A DNA stretch of 64,000 nucleotides, taken from positions 10,632-74,631 of the forward strand of contig NW_002060959.1 in assembly GCF_000150275.1 (NCBI RefSeq), in the 5' to 3' direction. Below, one piece after another: positions 11,988 through 23,815 of the stretch. Within the stretch, counting starts at the first letter, position 1. Every line of letters begins with the position of its first letter. Both the position numbers and the translations under genes were made by a program. The notes under the pieces are model-generated. The model was not told the DNA's origin, ran no database searches, and saw nothing but the letters and a program-made list of their open reading frames with translations. The stretch is from Trichoplax adhaerens (Eukaryota; Animalia; Placozoa).

Positions 11988-14014
11988 ACTCGTCATTACT
12001 GTTAAGAACTGCCCTGTGACGAGTAATATGTCTTAACACATACATACCGTAATCGTACTCATTTTACAACTACAGACATAACAGTTACTTTAACTAGTGC
12101 TGCATATAAGCGCTTCTTATACTAAGCTATATTACTCCTCTACGAGCAAATATCAAAATAGCATTGTTACAAGTCGAAATGTATAACGAGAAAAATGCTA
12201 AACTATTATAGAAAGTATACTATAAGTCTACTGATTAGTTAGTTTTCTTGACATCAACCTACAGTACGACTCTAAATACTGACGATCTCCTTTCGTTGGG
12301 AAGGACAGTGACACAATACTATTCTCTCTTAGACATAACTGAATCCAAACTTTGTTAAAAGTCAATCAATTTATAGTGAATGGAAATAAATATTAATTAT
12401 CTGTTTATAGATAATATTATTAAGCTATGCAGTTATCTATTAAAAGCATGAAAAACATCATAAATGACGGTATGTAAATGCATTCCTAGATAAATTTTCT
12501 GACGGAATTTATGATATCACAGCGTAACAAGTATATTAAATTGTAAGGCGTCAATTACATACCAGTGCAGCATTGTGTTGCGATATAAGTGTATAATAAT
12601 GACCAATCGATTAATTGCTCAGCTTTTTAGTAGTCTGTGTGCTAGTTGACATTTTGCCTAAACTAATGCTCAACAAAGAGTAATTTAATATTCGAATCTA
12701 ATTGTTAAGACAGTAGTGTAATTGCAAAGAAGAGCGATTATCGCTCTTCCATTGACAACTTCCAGAGTTAGTAAGAGAATTTAAATCTTTATAAGATTTG
12801 GTTAAATCAATCATTTACGATATACAAAATCGTAACTAGATATACGAAGAATACACTACATCGTAACTAGTGATTATAATTGGTTAAAGGCGTTTACACT
12901 TCATCCTAGATAACCCTAAAATCGATAGCCAAAGGACTTTGTCTCTTTGGCTGCGTATACAAATACTACAATTAATAGCTCAGTTAAGCCTGCACTGACT
13001 ACTAATAATCGAGGTAACTAGTATATTATTTCTATACTTAAGCTAAGTAAGGGCTCTTGTTAATTTATAATTTGACATTTTCATTACCGAGAGTAATAAA
13101 ATTTAACCATTTTAGCAATATCCTTCAAAATTACTTTTTACGAAGTTTACAGTCTACCTATAACAAAGTTGTTTTTAATTTTGGAAGAAACTTTGTACTA
13201 AAAGTTATCATAGCTAAACTAAAATAAATTACGATTAATTAATTGATGTTCTATCTTACTTGAAATTATCCCATTAGTAAGATTAGATTTGCTGTAAGTA
13301 AATAGCCGCTGCCGCTAACTGGATTTATATCGTAACTATAGACTGCCGTTTGTCCATATATACACACTGTTTTAGTTGCTTGACTCATCGACATCTCTTA
13401 GGTATAAAATTTATTAATGAAATCAATAAATACAGTTATATTAGGGATTGCAACTGATAATTAACGATTATGAAACGACTTTAGTATTTTAAATCACTTT
13501 TAAGGAACTATTTTAGCATAGCGCTGTATTTATAATCATCAGCAGTCTAAATTGGCGAATGAGTCGCGTTGAACTTAAGATTCTTAATTCTGCTATCCTT
13601 ACAATATAACTTGTTAGTTACTCGTATAAATGGCACCATGTATGCAGTAAATATGACTGAGCTTTCTCGCTATCCCCAATACACTGTACTAATACATCAA
13701 CATTGAGCTATAGTTACTACCTATTTCTGTGAATTAGATTAAAACTTTGCTATTGCTTTATTAATTGATTGATTTGAAAAAATAATGTAATCGAAGGTTA
13801 CTATAAATTTTAAAACTTTCTAACATGTATCAGAAGCATCAGTTTACATCAAATATATTTTGCGCTATTTTTCTTAATCATTACCTCTTAATAAGTAGGA
13901 ATATTTTAAGCATTTGCGCGAGTAATAGCAAAATAATTATTAATGAATAAGATACTAATTTTTCGACACAGCTTATCCGAAAATAATTACGCATCCTCGA
14001 CCACCCATCTCTAC

Positions 14015-14888
14015 TAGGCCTATACGTAACAATTTAATACTTACCTCTACTGAAGTTTACCACTGTTATTTCCCAATATGTTACAGCATTGCAAAACTCA
14101 TCAAAGGCTCTATCGCTACACTCAGGCAGAATATCCAATAAATTGTAAACTTTTCTATAAAACTAAATTAATTAATTACGATAACTGCTCTCCGACTACA
14201 AAATTTATTCTTGCAATAAATAAACAAACTACTAATTTAGGTTGCCATTGCATATTAGAATAGAATATTGTTTAACAGTTACTGAACATGTACTATATAA
14301 AAACTCCTTACTCAAAAGCCGTCAATTTAGATTTGATTGTTTGTTTGTGTGTTAGCGATAATGATAGCGTCTGATTTTTGGTATGTTCTCAGTCAACTGA
14401 AGCGAGATCGGCAGCTAAGCTTCCACGTGAATATCTACCTTTATTCTGATTTCTTACCACCTTACATACTGTACAATACAGTACCTATACTGATCTAGTA
14501 TGGAATAGAACTAGTGCCGTTAAGCTCTGATAAGGTTGCAATACAACCGATATGAATACAATACAAGAAATCATATAATTAGATACAGAGACGCTAGTAA
14601 ATCCGTCACATTGTGGTATGACGTTAATATACTCGCTCCAAGTAAATATTCACATATTGGTGAGATTTGATGCTAACATTTTTGAGCAAGTTAACATACG
14701 ACTGGCTCTTAGGATTTTACGATGTTCTTGAGTCACTGATCCAGAGAACGTTTTGGGTGGCTTATCTAAAATATTAAATAGATGTTTAAGTTCGATAAAA
14801 GCTACAGTTTTGATAGAAGCTGCATCTGCTGCTCTTTCGCGCTAATCTTAATTACAAACGATTGTATTTAAGATTAACGCTTTATACT
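14015..14888 (-). pseudogene. CARD pseudogene: inverted copy of 2166-2770 inside a direct-orientation paralog of ~1500-2890
   Basis: Reverse complement gives both CARD exons and their intron; both N-terminal Met codons are mutated (ATG>ACG, ATG>GTG) and exon 1 is interrupted by an insertion; flanks ~13340-14014 and 14889-15010 match ~1500-2165 and 2771-2890 in direct orientation. Confidence 0.88.
14350..14610. mobile_element. Solo-LTR-like insertion, 261 bp
   Basis: Begins TGT and ends ACA, flanked by 5-bp direct repeat TTGTG (14345-14349, 14611-14615); removing it restores the CARD exon-1 sequence. Confidence 0.8.
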
Positions 14889-17800
14889 CCGATTATAGCT
14901 TAACCATGTGATCCATGATAATCCCATTTTCTGGTAGAAATAACAATAAAGCGATTAGAGTAGAGAATAGTACGACAACTACATGATGAATCTAGATTTT
15001 CAATTTATAGTTTTGTTATACTCAACTAAATCAATAAGCGGTAATTTCAGATTTTTATGTCCAAAACGAGTACCGGTAATTAATAATATACCTTTTTGTA
15101 ATGGAGTAAGTACAGCTTTTTCGAAGCTTAAGTTTTAAAGGGTACGATACGCTTACTGAATAGAAATTGTTGTCATTTATTATTCAATTAATTTATCAGG
15201 TAAAGGACTTTCTCATGTAAAATTGATACTAGATTCTAGTATAATATATTAAATCGCATACGATAGTCATTTGAAATGTAATTTAATTAAATTAAATTAC
15301 TTCGCGGTATATAATAAATTATATAAGAGGCCATTTCTTTGCTTGACCTAGTATTTATAAGTAGCCTTTAATTATAATTATTTTAACAATTGTGAATCTT
15401 ATTCAAATCAAAAAGGAGTTGATTTTAAAGGCATTCAACGACACAGGCAATTCTATTTAAAGAAACGTTTCGATATTTTCTGGAATTTGTTGTAACTTTA
15501 TAAACATATCAGTACTTATTCTAGGGTAACCTCGATAATATTCAGCTATTATATGATTTTTTTAGGCAAAATAGTGGAACCAAATAGAAAGACATAATAT
15601 CTTAAATCTGTTTATTTAGTAAGAGAATAGTAATTAAATTCATGAAAAGATCGTACTTTTCTATATTATTTATTTACGACTGAAAGATAAGCACATCATT
15701 CCTTCATTAAATTGAATTAGAAGTAAATAAAAATACTTTATCTATACTTATATTCCTTACGAATTAGAAAGAGATAGATTGAAATCCAGTGCAAAGAATC
15801 ACCATTTGCCATTAGCATTTGCTTGTTCACTTTAGACAAGATATCAATCATAGAGTCTAAAAATTGAGCTACTGAATTGCAATGATCATTCTTCATTCAA
15901 GTTAACACAAAGACCGATAGCTAAAGTGCTACAAAAGCTTTTTCAATCCAGAATGTAAATACTGCAACTCATAACTTGATCAAGCCTGTTGAGACTATTG
16001 CTAATTGAAGCACTAAAATATTATTTTCTGCACTTACGTCATCTTAGGAATGAGATTGTATTATACACTAAAAGTGAATTTCCAGTGATATATCATTGAA
16101 GATTACTTTCACCAAGGGTTATGATATTATTTGTTATCCTATAATGTCTGTAGCCATAGAGCTATTAGTAACTATAATAGCGTACAGTAATAATACTATA
16201 TAGAGATATTAATGCATTGTTCTAGAAGTTACAGTAATCACAATGAAGTCATTATACTTACGGCAATATTTTGAATTTACTTCAATGTTTTAATATTCTC
16301 CTTTAAGCTCCTCTATATGGCTTAATTGTATAATGTAAGGGCCATTTTATAAATGGCATTGTTTATGTATTATATTCACTATATTCAAAGTTTTCTGCCA
16401 AATATACAATTTAGGTGGCCGCATGGTGATTGGACTCTCTCTGTCAATAGTTATTATTATCCTGGGAATTTTTATTAGCCTGTATTTTAGAGGAAGCATT
16501 AATTATTTTTAAAAGTTTTAGTTTTCCGTCATTATCGAATTATGCAGTATTCTACATGCCATTCCATATTTTAAAATATTTTGCAAGTTGTATCACCGAA
16601 AGGTGTTGGACATTAATTGTAGAGTAGCCATATTTTAAGTAGAATAATTCGGATTGTACAAGGTAATGATGTTCTATTTTAAGAAAAGTGCTCTGTTTGA
16701 TGACTCAGGTCTGATTGTAGTTAATTATGTTATCATTAATAGATTTAACGAAATGTATTTAAGGTTTACGTAGATGAGCTTACCATAGAGAGAGGCTGTA
16801 CTTCACTTTGAGCTCGGAATACTTTGGATTTTAGACTAGGTTCCTTCAGTAATTAATTATTACTCTACTATTCCTAAAACCTTGTAATAAAAATCTTTTC
16901 GAAAATTCTATTTGACTAAGACAGTTTTTTGTGCGATAATTTTATTACACTTATCAGCAACGGAATTTGAGTTATGAAATGGAAACTGGTAAAGAAAGTT
17001 ACAGTGTTAGGTGAGTGAAAGGAACTCGCGGCATAGCATGAAAAAATAGCAGGAAGGAACAGATATTGAACCTCTGCTTGTCATTATTTTCTAGCTCGAC
17101 TTGCTTTTGCAATTGCCGCTAACAATTGGCATTGCCAATCTGTCGATGAAATTAGACCGTATCATCCAACATCAATTTATTCATATATGTATATGATTCG
17201 TGATACTACATGAGTCACGTAGGAAATCTTGTATAGTGTGAAAAGTAATGTAAAGGTTATTGGAGAAACTGTATCGTAAAAATATAAGACAGATTTAATA
17301 GGAAGTATAAATCTGTAAGCGTAAATCTGTTTATGTGATCGTAAGGTGGTAAAAGTATAAGTACAGAATGGAGGTAGAATGCTAGAGAAGGATTAATGTA
17401 AAATTATACCAGTCGAAAATAAAGAACTGCTCAGAAAGGCTACAAAACTAGAAAACTATTCACATAATATCAAACATTCATTCGTAAAGTATATGATTTT
17501 TCCTTTATTACGTATATTGTAATCTCATCGTATTCCAATATCACCCTAAAATCTGACAGCTATTAATATGCATATACACGTATGCTAACCGCGGTAACTG
17601 CAATATTCGATTCGCGTAGATCTGTTCTTTACTGTAAATTTACGATGTTAATAATATTCTTCCTGTCGAAATAGTTCATTGAAATCATAATGAATTGATG
17701 CAAAAACCAGAAAATTAGATTTTCAACACATTTAGGATAAAGATAACAATTATCATCTACAATTGCATTTAACGCATTTCTCTGATCATTTAGTTGATAT

Positions 17801-18343
17801 TATGCTTTCGATCACCTCATTCATTATCAAATATTATCTACAGTAGATAGTCCGCCATTCAACAAGCTCCAGCAATTAGATGGATATAAAAAACTAATGG
17901 TGTTACATTAAGCATTCTAACAGTTATATCGAAAGCAGATAAACAGTTAGCAATGAATAAAATTGAAGATTTTTATTGAAATATTCGTATCAGTAATACA
18001 GGCCTGATTTATTCTCTTATATTAAGAAATGTTCAATATTTCGATACATTCGTGGAATATGGATTTAAGTTCACATTTAATTTTTATAAGGATTTATTAT
18101 ACTGCACCAGCAGGTATGTTTGTGTCATATATTTAGTTGTATAGATACTTTAGCCTGATATCAATCCATTCCAACTAGTGATTTTAATCTACAATAATAC
18201 CGTTACTTTTAATTAGTATTACTTACAAACGTTTCTTATACTATACTATATTAATCCTCTAGGAGTAAATCGCCGTAGGCGTATGACACAATTTAGACAA
18301 TCTCAGTTTAATTTTTAAAATTTCTCTGAGCTGCTTACGTTCG

Positions 18344-19174
18344 NNNNNNNNNNNNNNNNNNNNNNNNNNNNNNNNNNNNNNNNNNNNNNNNNNNNNNNNN
18401 NNNNNNNNNNNNNNNNNNNNNNNNNNNNNNNNNNNNNNNNNNNNNNNNNNNNNNNNNNNNNNNNNNNNNNNNNNNNNNNNNNNNNNNNNNNNNNNNNNNN
18501 NNNNNNNNNNNNNNNNNNNNNNNNNNNNNNNNNNNNNNNNNNNNNNNNNNNNNNNNNNNNNNNNNNNNNNNNNNNNNNNNNNNNNNNNNNNNNNNNNNNN
18601 NNNNNNNNNNNNNNNNNNNNNNNNNNNNNNNNNNNNNNNNNNNNNNNNNNNNNNNNNNNNNNNNNNNNNNNNNNNNNNNNNNNNNNNNNNNNNNNNNNNN
18701 NNNNNNNNNNNNNNNNNNNNNNNNNNNNNNNNNNNNNNNNNNNNNNNNNNNNNNNNNNNNNNNNNNNNNNNNNNNNNNNNNNNNNNNNNNNNNNNNNNNN
18801 NNNNNNNNNNNNNNNNNNNNNNNNNNNNNNNNNNNNNNNNNNNNNNNNNNNNNNNNNNNNNNNNNNNNNNNNNNNNNNNNNNNNNNNNNNNNNNNNNNNN
18901 NNNNNNNNNNNNNNNNNNNNNNNNNNNNNNNNNNNNNNNNNNNNNNNNNNNNNNNNNNNNNNNNNNNNNNNNNNNNNNNNNNNNNNNNNNNNNNNNNNNN
19001 NNNNNNNNNNNNNNNNNNNNNNNNNNNNNNNNNNNNNNNNNNNNNNNNNNNNNNNNNNNNNNNNNNNNNNNNNNNNNNNNNNNNNNNNNNNNNNNNNNNN
19101 NNNNNNNNNNNNNNNNNNNNNNNNNNNNNNNNNNNNNNNNNNNNNNNNNNNNNNNNNNNNNNNNNNNNNNNNNN
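18344..19174. other. Assembly gap (831 N)
   Basis: Run of N. Confidence 1.
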
Positions 19175-19303
19175 TTATTCATTATTATACATCAAAGTTC
19201 TTACTCAAGAAAAAGAAAGATGAATTTCAGAAATCATCAAATAAATTGTGTAATTTTGTTAAACCAACGAAGGAATCGAAAATCAATTCGATCTCCAATT
19301 AAT
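19175..19303 (+). pseudogene. Frameshifted remnant of a TIR-exon 3' end abutting the gap
   Basis: LYIKVLTQEKE/DEFQKSSNKLCNFVK resembles VYTKILRQKQTDDEFKKKLEKLYGTVK at ~7763-7845. Confidence 0.5.
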
Positions 19304-21369
19304 TAAGATAACGTAGTGTAACTCGTAAAGTAGCTTAAGCTTACGATTATAAGATTATGCAAGAATACCTGAAGTTTTAGATTTGCTTATAAGATCATGC
19401 AATTTTCCCTTTCTTGATAGTACAATAAATATTTAGTTTAACTTACAAAATATCACATATGGATAATACAATAAAGTTTAGTTTTAATTGAGGAAGTCGA
19501 TAAGTTAGTTGATAACAGATGATTATTAGTGATTAGCAGTAGATTGCAAGTTATGAGTTCAATCGGATATTTTAGTAAATAGCTTTTAGAATACAGTTTT
19601 GATTCTTAGCGTGAGTATTCTATCTTCTAAGACTCGAATCTAAGTTTGGTAGATTAAAGAGTGTTTAGAGTTAGTCGCTTAGATAGTTAAGACTACTTTA
19701 GAGGAAAGGATCCCGTTCATTTTCGTGTTGCAATCTCGGTTGTGGCAGAAGATGTGTTGGCCTCCCTAACAATCCTAAGCCAAGATTTTTGGGGCAACCA
19801 AATAAGAATTAAACTACTGCCTAGTGGATACGGATTATGAATTTGCCAAGTGTATTTTATCTCCTCGCCATCTTACTTTAATAATTGGTTACTAACACAA
19901 CACACGTAATCGTATCGTAAGAGTTTCAGAGCTAAATGAACTATATTTTAGGGTATTTTAAGTTATAAAATATGCATACTTGAACTGCAGGCGCTTTTTT
20001 TTGTAGATCTGTAATATTATGTTTTGTTAACTCGTCACTGCAACTAAATATACTCTTACTGACCTTTAGTTTTAGTTCGTATTTTACAAAATCACTATAA
20101 TGATGATACGATCGTGTTATGTAGTTTTTACATTACGTTAAAACTAGTCGATTGGAATAACCAGCATTGCTATAGTTCATTTACCCACGCTTCTATAGCC
20201 AATTAAGAATGGATTAAGAACGAGCTCTATTAGGATTGAAATTATTCCCTTGAAATACAGTGTAATTGGCGATTAACACATTGCAAAGCCTACACTACTA
20301 CACACTGAAGGTAGGTCTCATTTTATTAATGAAGAAAATAGCATCATCGAATAAAGTATAACTACTTTTTCCATAATGTTTCTATAAGCCGAATTCAAAT
20401 TTCTTGGAAAGATACTCTCTACAGCTGGAAACATCACTTCAGTACCATACATCCTATGTTAATAGTCAATCTCAATTTGTTGGTATAAAAGGGCTGCAAG
20501 ATTTTGCAACGTCTACAAGCTAATTACACAATTGTGATAAGCTTAATTCCGCCACTTTTTACTGCTTTGCTGGCTATGTATCCCCCTAATTTTTTCGAAC
20601 ACAGTCATACTTGTCAGCACTCAAGTGCAGCAATCAAGTAGTATGGTATCTTGAAATGACACCAAATCATCCACAGTGACCCTCGACGATGCCTATTTCA
20701 CGCTTTGCAAATTAAGACTAGTTTATTGTGTTAGAGGTATTAAAAATATCACTCAAACAAGTAACTCATTCTTCTAGGGAAAAATCGTTATATAATGCCA
20801 CCTTAATAATCATGCTGTCGGCTGTATCTAACATGGAGCCCATTACAAGATTGTAACTTTTATCTAATTAAAGTTTCATTTTAAATCTAGACTTGCAATT
20901 ATAAAATTCAGGAACAATAAAGGGGAGCTTTCGTAACCGTTTAGCCTAAGCATATTTAAATAGTCAAGCGTAAACGGTATTTCAAGTTCACCTGCTTAAA
21001 ATCATCTTTGAAGTAATATACAAGTATGACTGCATGAGTACAATTACGAATATCATGTTTTTACCCTTTGGAATTATCTTTGCAACATAATAATTGCAGA
21101 AAGTATTATACCTTTTTTTTAACGTCTATCTTCATTTAAAATCTTGGAATCACGTGTTGAAATGCAATAGTTGTAATCATTAAACATCTATTAGAACATT
21201 TTCAACGATATCATCAAAGGTATAGATAGAATCTGTATCAGATCTAATTGAAATGGTTGACACGTAAACCAATGAAAGCGCCGAACAACTCTCTAAGAGT
21301 TTGTATTCAAGATTATTGAAATCATAAAAAAAGCGCAAGAGCTTTAATAACATAAAGCATGAAATATAC

Positions 21370-22037
21370 CTAGTTCTTTAGCCAGATAGACAGCAATAGC
21401 ATGATTTCGACATAATATGCGATCATCGACTTCCAATACAGGCAACTGGAAAACGGAAATTTAATTTCTACATAAGTTGGATAACATATTGAAAGTTAAA
21501 GTGCTCATTTGCTGATCATCTTCCTCCATTGATCTACATCACGTTAATGTCAAACAGTAAAGATATCATGTTGATTAACATCTAGTTTAGAGTGTTAGAA
21601 TTCTTTGATCATTTCCAAATTCTTTCAGGTTATTGATGAAAAAACAAGCAACTCATTTTCAACTGTTAATCGTGGTGTAAGTAAGCTGCAACTGTATCTA
21701 CAAGCAAACAACCTGGTATTGAAATTGGTTGACTACAGTAAATCATCAAAGCTGCAGCCTAGCCTAGCTTGCAGTATTGCGACTACGATTGGCTGATCAT
21801 GGTAGTACCATGACAGGCTATTCCGTTTAAGCTTCTTATACTAAAACAAACATGGTCGACTCCGACAACATTGCACTCTGACAGCAGCAGATGGTAAAGC
21901 AAGACTAACCTGCTTTAACGGATTTCCATTCCTCCATGGTCAAGCCACGAAATTGATAGCCAACATTTAGCTAAAGCAAACATATAATGATAAAACTCAC
22001 CTCGTCCTTGGAAAAACGTCAATTTATACCTTGGCAT
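21370..22037 (-). pseudogene. Glutathione S-transferase (sigma-like) pseudogene, N-terminal exons
   Basis: Exon 22001-22037 MPRYKLTFFQGRG|gtgag; then YMFALA/NVGYQFRGLTMEEWKSVKA; then PF/QLPVLEVDDRILCRNHAIAVYLAKELG (~21460-21370); frameshifts, and the RAE..R segment is deleted. Confidence 0.8.
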
Positions 22038-23228
22038 GATTGCAAAAGTGGAGAACGAGCTAGGCTGTCGACTCCTGGAACTTTGGATTGGCAAAACTTT
22101 GATGATGCAGACTTGCTACAAGCTGGAGTCGGGACAGGGACTACTATCCGATATTGATTTTGCAGCTTGTTTACTTCCGAACTGAGGGTACTTTACTATA
22201 CTCTTTTTTATCTTCGACAGTATGCAACTGTTACGGAGCCATGCTCCGAAATATTAATTGCTAAGTTAATTAAAATATCTCATTTAAATTATTGTTTGCT
22301 CCAGTAGCTTATTAGATATTAATGTTTATTCATAAGTACTTGTTCATTATTGTTGACATGTCGGAGCTAACACGTTTAGTCTGTAAACGTTAATCAATAA
22401 CACCTTAAGTGTAAGATCAATTACTTTGCAGAGCCTTGAGGCTCTAGTTGCTATACTAGGATATGCATACTGTACAGTGTAAGCCGCTATTTCAAGAATA
22501 TTCACAAGTGTACCATCGGCGAGACTATAAAAAGCGGAGCACTAGCTTAGCTTCTCAGTTCCAGCTAGTCATTTGCAGGATCTTGTGACTATTATTGCTA
22601 AGAATATTCTTACGTTTATCTTTAGTACATTTTACGACTAAGGTTAACGAAAATAAAGTAAAGTGTTTAAACCTATTACTCAATAGTAGTTTTTTTGTGT
22701 AGCTGAGAGTTCGTTCAACTACGATAGGTCCCTAAGTTAGTTTGGAACACAAGTACTAGTGAAGATAGTGTTTAAGACCCGGTTTCTTGTTACAAAGAAG
22801 AAGATTTGTAACAGCAACTCTGCCATGTTGACTAAAGTATGGAAAGTTTTATCCCTTTTTGACGATAGAGTGCTGCCTGCCGGATCAAGAGCGAAGGCAA
22901 TGTATACTTCGCCCTTGACTAATATTGAAGAAGAGCAAGGTAATAGAGCGACATATCTTTTTGTTGAAGGATATAAGCAAAATAACTGTCAGCCTTTCAT
23001 CTAGTTTTAACCACACAATACTGTCTTACATGTAAAGAGAGGAGACAACAGGGCGATAGCTTATTTTGCATAACGCTCAGCTGTTGACACTAACTTACCT
23101 ACAAGTGTAGAAAAGACAGCCAATGGATTCAATGCTGTCTGCTCTCTTATGTGTTCCTGGCTCTACTACAATCATTTTTGATGGATGGGTACTGCAGTCA
23201 AAGAGAAACCCTATACCAGCCACCCTAC

Positions 23229-23815
23229 AATTATCTAGAACTTACTAAACCTACAGCATATCAACCCATATAAAAAATATTAAATTTCAGTATCCATGTA
23301 CGAAATCTGTTATAATATAAAGTAATTGAATTGTAGCATTAAAAAAGGATATCTTAAATAAAATTTATAAGTAATTATCGTCCACCACCATGTTCACTAA
23401 TTTTTTGTGCAATTGAAAATGATAGCTATACTGTAGTTAATGATTCCATTTTACTTGTTAAGTACAACTATTTCCCTACTAACAGAAAGTACATCAGAGC
23501 TTGCAATAATCGATAGGGTCGGCTAGCCAACTAACATCAAATACTGCTACAATAATGATGAAGGTGTTATGACTTAGCACATCGAAATCTAATTTGTTAA
23601 ATTTATCAATTTTCTCCAGACATTTACCTTTATTGGATAAATGTTTCGACGAATGTACTTATAAAATTTAGTCATACGCGTAACGAAAACTTATCAGTCC
23701 ATAACACTTTGTTTATTCAGCAATTGGCGAAATTAAGCATTTAGCTTTATGATAGATGCGAAGTTATGAGTTCTGATATGTGGACAGCGCCTTTATACTG
23801 CTCCATGATGACATG
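23229..23815 (-). pseudogene. Detached, diverged copy of the FASN 3' end (last ~23 codons plus 3' flank)
   Basis: Aligns to ~33218-33800 (e.g. ttagctttatga.agatgcgaagttatga.ttctgatatg). Confidence 0.85.

Noticed and set aside
12728-12748. Short palindrome gaagagcgat-t-atcgctcttc
   Set aside because: Too short, with no supporting context such as a Helitron CTRR end
18259-19182. 307-aa ORF
   Set aside because: Artefact of the N gap
22760-23225. Exon-like segments with splice signals, and ORF 22759-23004
   Set aside because: Stops in the joined frame and no recognisable family; possibly a decayed gene
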